DNA of 64,000 nt from Octopus sinensis (lineage: Eukaryota), in the NCBI RefSeq assembly GCF_006345805.1, contig NC_043013.1, positions 4,092,001 through 4,156,000 on the forward strand. Reading direction: 5' to 3'. A program made the translations under genes and the position numbers. Under the pieces are notes generated by a model. It saw only the letters and a program-made list of their open reading frames with translations, was not told where the DNA came from and did no database searches. Below, piece by piece: positions 39,581-49,085 of the stretch (the stretch's first letter is position 1; every line of letters begins with the position of its first letter).

Positions 39581-39855
39581 ATAAAACCGTCAATAGCTCG
39601 TTTACTTTTTATGTTTTTTTGATTTATTATTAGGGTTGCTTAATATGTTACACTAAAATTGCTGTTTCTTTTCAGATATCATCAGAAAAAGATAATTAAA
39701 ATTCATTAAAATAACAGATCTATCGGACTTTCAAAGAGGTCAAATTGTTCGTACTCGTATGGCAGGTGCTATCGAAACGAAAACAGCCGAAATGTTTGGC
39801 GTATCAAGAAGTACTGTCTCGAAAGTAATTACAGCCTTTGAGAAAGAGGGAAAAC
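39581..39855 (+). mobile_element. Tc1-like element, 5' fragment (same family as 5225-6475)
   Basis: Aligns to ~5287-5550; start codon mutated to ATA; no left TIR. Confidence 0.9.
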
Positions 39856-39867
39856 TATATATATATA

Positions 39868-40625
39868 GTGACGTATTTTTGCCATTTCAATATGGCTAAC
39901 CCCTAAGGGTGGATGCTACTGTAGTTTTTAGCCCCAGGAGGACACACTCCTCCAGCTGGCCATAGACACACTTTCTGTGTCCTGTCAGTATTTGCAAAGG
40001 GAAGTCATCCTTCCCGTCTTCAACTTATGATACACACGGACTCGAGTTTCGAGGTATTGACCTCTCGTCGAAGACGGGAAGGATGACTTCCCTTTGCAAA
40101 TACTGACAGGACACAGAAAGTGTGTCTATGGCCAACTGGAGGAGTGTGTCCTCCTGGGGCTAAAAACTACAGTAGCATCCACCCTTAGGGGTTAGCCATA
40201 TTGAAATGGCAAAAATACGTCACGATGTGTTACCGCTACTGTATATAACTCACTTTGATATTTATCATTGTTTGATTTCACTTTTTCAATATCAGCGACA
40301 GTGGGCGCTGGAAAAAGTATAAGTATTTGTGAAGGAAATATAATTCTCGGCGACAACTATGATTGTCACACGCTGACGAGAGGTCAATAGCTCGAAACTC
40401 GAGTCCGTGTGTATCATAAGTTGAAGACGGGAAGGATGACTTCCCTTTGCAAATACTGACAGGACACAGAAAGTGTGTCTATGGCCAGCTGGAGGAGTGT
40501 GTCCTCCTGGGGCTAAAAACTACAGTAGCATCCACCCTTAGGGGTTAGCCATATTGAAATGGCAAAAATACGTCACGATGTGTTACCGCTACTGTATATA
40601 ACTCACTTTGATATTTATCATTGTT
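39868..40625 (+). mobile_element. Non-autonomous retrozyme/Penelope-type element: inverted 202 bp + 1.57 tandem copies of a 353-bp unit
   Basis: 40070-40272 equals 40423-40625 (period 353, 1 mismatch); 39868-40069 is the reverse complement of 40375-40576 (1 mismatch); flanked by TA runs; contains a hammerhead. Confidence 0.85.
40354..40423 (+). ncRNA. Type I hammerhead ribozyme
   Basis: Stem I CACACG(40367-72)/CGTGTG(40406-11), extended by TATGAT/ATCATA and CAAC/GTTG; core CTGACGA 40373-79; stem II GAG/CTC; GAAA 40394-97; stem III AC-TCGA-GT; GTC triplet, predicted cleavage after 40405. Confidence 0.88.
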
Positions 40626-40654
40626 ATATAAATATATATATATATATATATTTT

Positions 40655-40908
40655 TTTTTTAATTCTTTTCCTTGTTTCAGTAATTTTGCCTGCTCCCATG
40701 CTGGAGCACCGTCTTAAAGGAATTTTAGTCGAACACATCGAACTCAGGTCTTATCCTTTGTAAGCCTATTACTTATTCTATCATTTTCTTTTGCCAAACC
40801 GCTAAGTTACGTGGACGTAAACACACCACCATCGGTTGTCAAGCGATGGTGTGGGGAGGACAAACACAGTAACACAGACAGAAGACGCACACACATAAAT
40901 ATATATGC

Positions 40909-40959
<51 letters not shown>

Positions 40960-41090
40960 CAACTGGCGTCTTGCAGTTTCCGTCTGCTAAATCCACTCAC
41001 AAGGCTTCGGTCGATCCGAGGCTATAGCAGGAGGCAACTGCCCAAGGTGCCCGGAACCATGTGGTTGGGAAGCAAGCTACTTAGCACACA
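40655..41090 (-). mobile_element. SINE family B (diverged)
   Basis: cttgtttcagtaattttgcc..ccatgctggagcaccg..cccaaggtgcc..aaccatgtggttgg. Confidence 0.85.
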
Positions 41091-41299
41091 GTCACACTCA
41101 CTCACACACACACAACAAGATATGATATCTGTGAATATACGTTGTGAGAAGCTTTACGTATCCCCCTCGCAATAATCGATAACCTACGGGGGAATGCAAT
41201 GATGTTACTTTATATAATCGTTTCAGAACGGAAGAAATTACCGTGCTCCTATTAGCTACTAAAAGCTAATAGATGCTCCATGACAAAAGCAAAATCTTC

Positions 41300-41715
41300 G
41301 GATCTTTTCGGTTTGAACGGCAGTTTTTTAAAAATAATTTCCACGTAACTAGACACTTTTTAACTTCGTATACTGGTAGAATGTGTTTATAAAACATCTT
41401 TTTCTCTTGGCTTTATTGAGAAAATTCTATAGTTTGTAAGATATTTGTTGTTTTTTCTTCAATTTCTGCAATTTCAACCAATCAAATACGTCTATTGAGG
41501 TAAAAAACATTCTGTGCCGTATGAATATGTCCCTCGTTTAAGAAACAGATTGGGTTTATTTTCATTTGTGAAGAAAAAAAGATACCCTTCCCCCACCCCT
41601 AACCCTAACCCTAAAACAGATTGAAATGCAATAGATCGATACTAGGGTCATAATTATGGGTGACAATTTCATATGACACCGCTAGAAAAAACTGCCGTTC
41701 AAACCGAAAAGATCC
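41300..41715. mobile_element. GG-TIR MITE copy 2 (opposite orientation)
   Basis: Same TIRs; TSD aaatcttc/aactcttc (7/8); internal cctaaccctaaccctaa. Confidence 0.9.
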
Positions 41716-42003
41716 AACTCTTCTATTGCACACTCTCGCTCTCAAAGAGCAATCTAAGTATTTGACAGTATCTGTATATTTTACAAATTTGTGCATCACC
41801 AATAGTTTTGTTTGACAGAAGGTGTAAAACCTCATTCGATATACCCATCTCGGTAGTTCTACAAATAATTAATTCTGTATGCGAATCTTAATACTTGCAC
41901 GTATATAGACAAACATATCTGCTACGTATTAAAATCATATTGACGTGAACGTACATAAGTGCACACAGTTGAGCGGTCTTAGTCATGAATAGCCAGCTAA
42001 ACA

Positions 42004-42358
42004 GTGGAGGCGCAATGGCCCAGTGGTTAGGGCAGCGGACTCGCGGTCGTAGGATCGCGGTTTCGATTCCCAGACCGGGCGTTGTGAGTGTTTATTGAGC
42101 GAAAACACCTAAAGCTCCACGAGGCTCCGGCAGGGGTTGGTGATCCCTGCTGTACTCTTTCACCACAACTTTCTCTCACTCTTTCTTCCTGTTTCTGTTG
42201 TCACTCTCTCTGTGTCACGCTGAATATCACCGAGAACTACGTTAAGGGTACACGTGTCTGTGGAGTGCTCAGCCACTTACACGTTAATTTCACGAGCAGG
42301 CTGTTCCGTTGGTCGGATCAACCGGAACCCTCATCGTCGTAACCGACGGAGTGCTTCC
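42004..42358 (+). mobile_element. SINE family C with small internal deletion
   Basis: Matches reverse complement of 14065-14444. Confidence 0.9.
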
Positions 42359-42559
42359 CAGTCAGCTAAGCACTATCAATTGAAAACACTTACTTAACGC
42401 GAGGGATTATTAATCTACTTTCAATTAGCTCTTCATAGAAGAGTCACTTAACAAAACCTAAACCTCCGTTTTCTTTCTTGGTCTCTATATCGGAAGAATA
42501 TTAGAAATCTATTAACCTGAGGGCGCTCCACCGAGGCAACACATCAAACTCGAATGATT

Positions 42560-43130
42560 AGGGCTCATGGCACACTCAATAATTTGGTGTTTGATCCAGT
42601 TTTATTCGTTGCTTTCATAAAGGGCATTTCAATATTAATTAAAAATGTGTAAGATTTTGGTTGATGCCTGTAAGGTATGCCGGATTGCGGACAAGAATGA
42701 GAATGTAAAGATATTATCAGAGGATTTAAGCAGACTGAATACTTTAATTCCCACTGAAGGAAAAAAATGTGATTAATATAATCACATTTTAAACCATCTA
42801 AATCGTTCTTGTAAAATGACTGGCTGCGGTATTGTTTCACCGGTTTGTTGTGCGAGCAGCTTTTGAGTGAGGATTCTACGTGATTGGTAGAAGAGAAGAA
42901 AGGTTGATTAAATTTTAAGATGTTAGAGAGCTTGTAAGTCATGCAATCTTTTAAACATACTTCGCACTTCTGGAGGCCAACTTATTTGAATTTGGGTTCA
43001 AGGTGAAGTGTTTAGTCAATACGGCTGTACCAAAGTAGTATGCCTGTAGTAATACTTGGGTTGTAAGCCGCGGTTCTAAGAAAAGTGTAGCGGAACATAT
43101 TTAGGAGGGGATTTTCCTTCAACTTTAGGT
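42560..43130 (-). mobile_element. Possible very decayed Penelope-like GIY-YIG 3' region
   Basis: Weak: C-terminal MPFMKATNKTGSNTKLLS resembles the PLE endonuclease end (ILKADK..LNKRSELVS); no intact motifs. Confidence 0.2.
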
Positions 43131-43339
43131 CAGAAGTGAAGTACATAGTTGCTGCTAAAGGTATTCAGCGTGGAATTTGCGGAGCAGCGATAAATAAATT
43201 GATTTCCATGTCTAGTGATTTCGAATGTTAGAAGACGATGTGTAATATGCTTAAGATGTACGATACTTTGATTAAGTGAAACGATAATCCTCTGAAGGAG
43301 AGGATTTTTGTTATCGCTTAGTATGAACAGAAAGTCCCA

Positions 43340-43775
43340 TAAATCTATTAAGAATGTCGTTAGGCCAGATATAGTTGTCAGAAATCGCGAAGAAAAAAAA
43401 TGCTTTGTAATTGATGTATCAATACCAGCAGATGACAATGTGTCTCTAAGAGAAATGGAGAAACTTTCAAAATACAAAGACCTGGAAATAGAGGTAACTG
43501 AAATGTGGAATCTAAAAACAGAAACAATTCCTATCGTAGTAGGCACATTAGGTATGATAAAAAAATATTTAGACAAATACATAACGACAAAACCAGGACT
43601 TACAAATATATATAACATAAAGAAAATTGCACTACTAGGCACTGCACACATCCTATGCAAAACACTTTCCATACAATAACCATCAGAGCATCACAACAAA
43701 TCACAGCACATACCCAAAGCACAGAGAGCTGCGCTCGGTAGTGAAGTGAAAGCACACTATAAAAAATATACTACT
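43340..43775 (+). mobile_element. R4/Dong LINE 3' end (REL endonuclease), followed by (TAA)n
   Basis: RPDIVV..CFVIDVSIP..EKLSKYKDL..IPIVVGTLG..ALLGTAHIL; 3' UTR shared with 47480-47560. Confidence 0.88.
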
Positions 43776-43779
43776 GAAT

Positions 43780-43780
43780 G

Positions 43781-43840
<60 letters not shown>

Positions 43841-43885
43841 TAATAATAATAATAATAATATATATATATATTATTATATATATAA
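43780..43885. repeat. (TAA)n microsatellite
   Basis: Direct reading. Confidence 0.95.
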
Positions 43886-44095
43886 TAATGTGACTGCGTG
43901 TGTACCGTTGGCGATTTTTTCCTCTGTCTTTCCTTCTCTGGATCTTTCCTTCTCCTATGTTTCCGACGAAGAGCTCCACTCGAAACGTTATACCCTCCTT
44001 CTTTCCTTCTTTCCTGGGCGTCCAATAATACTATATTTGTTCCACGTCCTCGCGTTGTGTTTTTTTGTGCTTTCTTGTTTGGATTAACTGTATAT

Positions 44096-44157
<62 letters not shown>

Positions 44158-44199
44158 TAAGATAGGATAAAATTTTTCGAAAAATTCTCGGCGACGCGT

Positions 44200-44447
44200 T
44201 GTGTCCTTGAGGGAGACACGTTATTTCACGTTGCTCCAGTCCACTCAGCTGGCAAAAATGAGTTGTATCTGTATTTCAAAGGGCCGGCCTTGTCACACTT
44301 TGTGTCACGCTGAATCACCCTGAGAAATACGTTAGGGGTGCGCGTGTCTGTGGATTGCTCAGCCACTTGCACGTTAATTTCACGAGCAGGCTGTTCCATT
44401 GATCGAATCAGCTTGGACCCTCGTCGTCGTAACCGACGGAGTGCTCC
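44200..44447 (+). mobile_element. SINE fragment: family D middle joined to family C tail
   Basis: ttcacgttgctccagtccactcagctggcaaaaatgagt then aaagggccggccttgtcac..gtcgtaaccgacggagtgctcc. Confidence 0.75.
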
Positions 44448-45311
44448 TATATATATACATATATATATATGCCAAATCAGGCTGTCGCAAAGATGAGTTT
44501 CTCTTTGGTTTATACATACATGTAGACAAACATAAGACAAAAGAAAAATACTATTGAGTAACTTCTTAAATTTGTCATTTTTAAGTAACGTCACTGGGGC
44601 AAATATAATTGTTGACAATATTATGTGTAATTTTAAATGTCAAATTTGTTTAAGGAGACATCTGTATTTAATATAATGAATATATCTTATTTGAATACCT
44701 TAATTATGAGAGGTGCTAAGTACATTAAGAGCAGTCCAAAGTAACGTTATTAAAAAAGGGCGTCCATTCATGTGACCCCATTTTAACGTTTAGAACAAAA
44801 AAGTTCTCATCGGTTATTGTTGCTATTTATACAGTGTGTGTAATAACTTTTCTATATTTGGAAGCACGTTACAATTTACGTTCTTTGTTGATAATCCGTA
44901 TTTGAATTCTTTTAATGTATCTTTTTACTGGTTTCATTGTTGTTACTGCTAACGCTGTTGCCTGGTCCGCAAATAAGTCCTGATCATCCTAACCTATGGC
45001 TAAAAGTTCATTCGGCCTTTTATACTTATATATCATATTTTATACTTGTATGAGAAACTATGCTGCATTGTCTAATATATCCAGCAGATTCAAGTTGGTG
45101 CAGTTTGATGTGAGAAATTATTGAAGAAGTTTGCAAAACTTTTGTGAATTGACGAGTTTTTCAGCTTTTTTAACCACAACCATCATTCTCTTCTCCATGC
45201 TTCTCTCTTCATCCTGTCTTTCGATCTCTAGATCTCTTCAGAAGGAGAAAGAGAAATTCAGAGACGGGACAGCAAAAAAAAAAAAAAAAGAGTAAAAAGG
45301 TTGAGTTAAAC

Positions 45312-45680
45312 GTTACTCTTTTACTTGTTTCAGTCATTTGACTGCGGCCATGCTGGAGCACCGCCTTTAATCGAGCAACTCGACCTCGTGACTTATTCTT
45401 TTGTAAGCCTAGTACTTATTCTATCGGTCTCTTTTGCCGAACCGCTAAGTAACGGGGACATAAACACACCAGCATCGGTTGTCAAGCAATGCTAGGGGGA
45501 CAAACTCAGACACACAAACACACACACGCATATATATATATATACATATATACGACGGGCTTCTTTCAGTTTCTGTCTAGCAAATCCACTCACAAGGCTT
45601 TGGTCGGCCCGAGGCTATAGTAGAAGACACTTGCCCAAGGTGCCACAAGCAACTTACCACACAGCCACTCCTGCGCCTGT
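45312..45680 (-). mobile_element. SINE family B
   Basis: ctcttttacttgtttcagtcatttgactgcggccatgc..cacagccactcctgcgcct. Confidence 0.9.
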
Positions 45681-45909
45681 ATTTTAGAATGCTTCCCTAA
45701 TTTACATCAATTTTTTCATCTTTCTGATTTTAGCCAACGCACCTTATTTGAACGTTCTGTCTTTCTCTGTCTTTCTTGATAAGTAATGGAATGTGGTTTG
45801 AGGAGGGTTTGGTTGTTATTTCGCAAAATAATGTGATGCGGGCTCTGAGTCGGCGAATAGTAATAATACTTATCATGATAATAAAATTAATAATAATGAT
45901 TTTAGATTT

Positions 45910-46105
45910 TGGCATAAGGCCAGCAATTTCGTGGGAGGGGATCAGTCAATTATATCGACCCCAGTACTCAACTGATATTTATTTTATCGACTTCGAAAGA
46001 ATGAAAGGTAAAGTCGACCTCGACGGAATTTGAACTTAGAACGTAAAGGCGGACGAAATATTGCGAAACACTTCGCCCGGCCTGTTAACGACTCTGCCAG
46101 CTCGC
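45910..46105 (-). mobile_element. SINE family A
   Basis: ggcataaggccagcaatttc..gaaagaatgaaaggtaaagtcgacctcgacggaatttgaac..ctgccagctcgcc. Confidence 0.85.
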
Positions 46106-46109
46106 CTTG

Positions 46110-46112
46110 TTG

Positions 46113-46197
<85 letters not shown>

Positions 46198-46311
46198 AAC
46201 AACAACAACAACTACTACTACTACTACTACTACTACACTACTACTACTACTACAACAACAACAACAACTACTACAACTACTACTACTACTACTTCTACAA
46301 CAACAACAACA

Positions 46312-46349
<38 letters not shown>

Positions 46350-46371
46350 AACAACAACAACAACTACTACA

Positions 46372-46420
<49 letters not shown>

Positions 46421-46490
46421 ATAATAATATAATAATAATAATGATGATAATGATAATAATAATTCTTTTTACTATAATAATAATAAGTTA
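46110..46490. repeat. (CTA)n/(CAA)n/(TAA)n compound microsatellite
   Basis: Direct reading. Confidence 0.95.
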
Positions 46491-47565
46491 GAAAACTATT
46501 AGAAAATAACTTGCTTTATACACCTAGAAAAATATTACAATATAACCTGCATTATACAGGTAGACAACCATTACAAAATAACCGCCTGATACAGCTGGAA
46601 AACTATTACAAAATAACCACGATAGGGTTACAGATATACCTACTTCAGAAGCAAGGAAAAGTGATACATATGGCCACGAAACACGAACAAAACAAAAACT
46701 GTTATCCGTCGTTAAGGAAGCTGAAAAATACAAAAAAGAAATCATAGTAGCCAACAACTATGAAAAAAAAAGAAGAAACAAAAAAAGCTGTAAAACAACT
46801 GAAATCCAAACTAAAACTGGAACAGCAACGAATCAAGAGAAAACAATGGCAAGAAAAGCCCCTTCACGGCAAATATTGGGTTTAACTAAATAGAAAAAAA
46901 ATAGACAGAAGCTGACAAATACGAAAAAGAAATCATGGTACCGAACAACTATGAAGAAAAAGAAGAAACAACAAAAGCTGTAATACAACTGAAATCTAAA
47001 CTAAAACTGGTACAGCAATGTATCACGATGAAGCGATGGCAAGAAAAGCCTCTTCACGGCAAATATTGGGTTAAACTAATCAGAAAAGAAATAGACAAAG
47101 CAAAATCCCAACAATCGTTGAGAAGCACAGGACTCAAAGCAGAGACTGAAGGATTTTTGATTGCAGCACAAGATCAAAGCCACCAAGAGATCACCAAGAA
47201 ACAATGGTTTCCAATCGATGTATCAATACCAACAGGTGACAATGTTTCTCTAAAAGAAACGGAGAAACTATCAAAATGCAAAGATTTGGAAACAGAGATA
47301 ACTTGAATGTGGAGCTTAAAAACAGAAACCATTATAATAAGTGCATTAGGTATGATAAAAAAAAACATTCAGACAAATACATAACAAAAGTTCAAGGACT
47401 TACTAGTATACACAGCATACACAAAATAGCCACTACTAGGTACAGCACACACCCTACGTAAAATACTTTCAATACAATGAAAATAGAATCGCCACAACAA
47501 ACCACAGCACATACCCAAATCACACAGAGCTGCGCTCAGTAGTGTAGTTAATGTACGTGATAAAA
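46490..47565 (+). mobile_element. R4/Dong LINE 3' part with 191-bp internal duplication and internal deletion
   Basis: WQEKPLHGKY..LKAETEGFLIAAQDQS, jumping directly to FPIDVSIP..EKLSK.KDL. Confidence 0.85.
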
Positions 47566-47579
47566 ATAAGACTAATAAT

Positions 47580-48180
47580 AATAGGCCAGACAGAATATAA
47601 GAGATGTCATGACAATATAGCAAGGATTGTACATTGGACACTTTGCAACAAGTATGGACTTGACAGAGCAAAAAGTGGTACGAACATAAACCCGAGGGCA
47701 TAATCGAAAATGATAATGCAAAGGTCCTATGAGATTTTATGATTCAGTGTGACCATGAGATAGAGAATAGGAAGCTAGATATAGTGATAATTGAGAAAGA
47801 AAGCAAATGATGCTGGATCATGGATATAGCATGCCCAGCTGACAAGAAGGAAGAAATAGAAGTCGATAAGGAAGAAATAGAAATCGATAGATATGACAGT
47901 TTAGCTTATGAGGTTGAGCAGTTGTGGTTGAACAAAAAGGTGGTAGCAGTACCGATAATTGTCGGAACCCTAGGGACAGTGTATAAAAATCTTGTGCAGT
48001 ACATGGAACAAATAGGGGCTGCAATAAGGGTGGAGCACTTGCAGAAAACAGCACTGCTTGGAACCGCTCGAATATCCCGGATGGTGCTCGAAAAAGGAGG
48101 AGTGTTACCTTAGTTCACTGGCAGCGAACTGCTGGTACCGTAGAACATCTCTAGCATTATAAGCTGTGCAAAGACAATAA
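47580..48180 (+). mobile_element. R4/Dong LINE 3' part, second subfamily
   Basis: HWTLCNKYGLD..WYEHKPEGIIENDNAK..DIACP..VVAVPIIVGTLG..LQKTALLGTARI; followed by taa repeats. Confidence 0.85.
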
Positions 48181-48615
48181 ATAATAATGATGATGATGGT
48201 GATGAGGATGATGAGGGTGATAATAATAATAATCCTGGTGCAATACTAGGCAGTGGCTCTCATGGCTTCTGAGCTTAACTGATTGGAAGTGTTATCATGT
48301 ACATTGTTTTGTCTTGGTATAAAAGATGGGCTACAGTAAATATTCTGCTCAATACCACAGATTTGCTTGTCAGTTGTTTGACCGTAACCATTTGAGCATG
48401 GCGGCTAATGATATGTGCATCTCTGATCACGAGCAGAAGTAGTGGGGGAGCATCATGGCCATATGTTGAGAGGAAATTTTTGGGGGTTTGAATAATTCAC
48501 CTTGATTTTCGCGAAGTCCGGAAATTCCGGGCTCTCTACTGGCGAAATTTTTTTAAAAGGCCCTTAAAACAGCATTTTATCAACAGATTTTTCTTGACTT
48601 CACAGTACGGTGGCA

Positions 48616-48655
<40 letters not shown>

Positions 48656-48677
48656 TGATGATGATGATAATAATAAT

Positions 48678-48870
48678 ACTATAGGCACAAGGCCTGAAAC
48701 TTGGGGGAGGGAACTAGCAGATTACATCGACGTCAGTGTTTGGCTGGAACTTATTTTATCGATCACAAAGGTATGAAAACAAAGTCGGGCTCAGTGAGAT
48801 TTGAACTCAGAACGTAATGACGGACGAAATGCCGCTATGCATTTTTCCCTAGCGTGCTAATGATTCTGCC
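48678..48870 (-). mobile_element. SINE family A
   Basis: ataggcacaaggcctgaaac..atttgaactcagaacgtaa..gctaatgattctgcc. Confidence 0.8.
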
Positions 48871-48894
48871 ATCTCACCACTTTATAATAATGGC

Positions 48895-49085
48895 AGCAAG
48901 AAGAAAGAAAAGTTAAAACGGAAGTATTTGAGTAGGGTGAGAAGACTCTCGAAATTGAAATCGAATGGTGTAAATATTATTTCCGCGATTAACTCTAGGA
49001 TTGTAAGTATTTTAAGGTATAGAGATCGTATAGTCAAATGGACGAAGGATGACCTAAAGATCTTGAAGAGAAAGACAGAAAAATC
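48895..49085 (+). mobile_element. R4/Dong LINE internal fragment
   Basis: KYLSRVRRLSKLKSNGVNIISAINSRIVSILRY..WTKDDLK.L.RKT, post-RT block of R4/Dong. Confidence 0.75.

Noticed and set aside
40021-40069. Second functional hammerhead on the minus strand
   Set aside because: Truncated inside the core (lacks C3-U4 and the 5' strand of stem I)
39868-40625. CRISPR-like or LTR interpretation of the direct repeats
   Set aside because: Repeats are 203 bp, only two, with no spacers, no TG..CA ends, PBS or PPT; the hammerhead and inversion fit a retrozyme/PLE
42004-42080. tRNA-like sequence with A and B boxes (also 14370-14444, 12550-12622)
   Set aside because: It is the head of a multi-copy SINE, continues into SINE body and has no proper acceptor stem
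43130-43672. 180-aa minus-strand ORF (likewise 35487-36172, 36887-37519, 5510-5875)
   Set aside because: Antisense frames of Dong, CR1 and Tc1 coding sequence
48235-48505. Repeat-like segment after the Dong tail
   Set aside because: Looks like an interspersed repeat 3' end but is single-copy here with no diagnostic motif, so it is not classified
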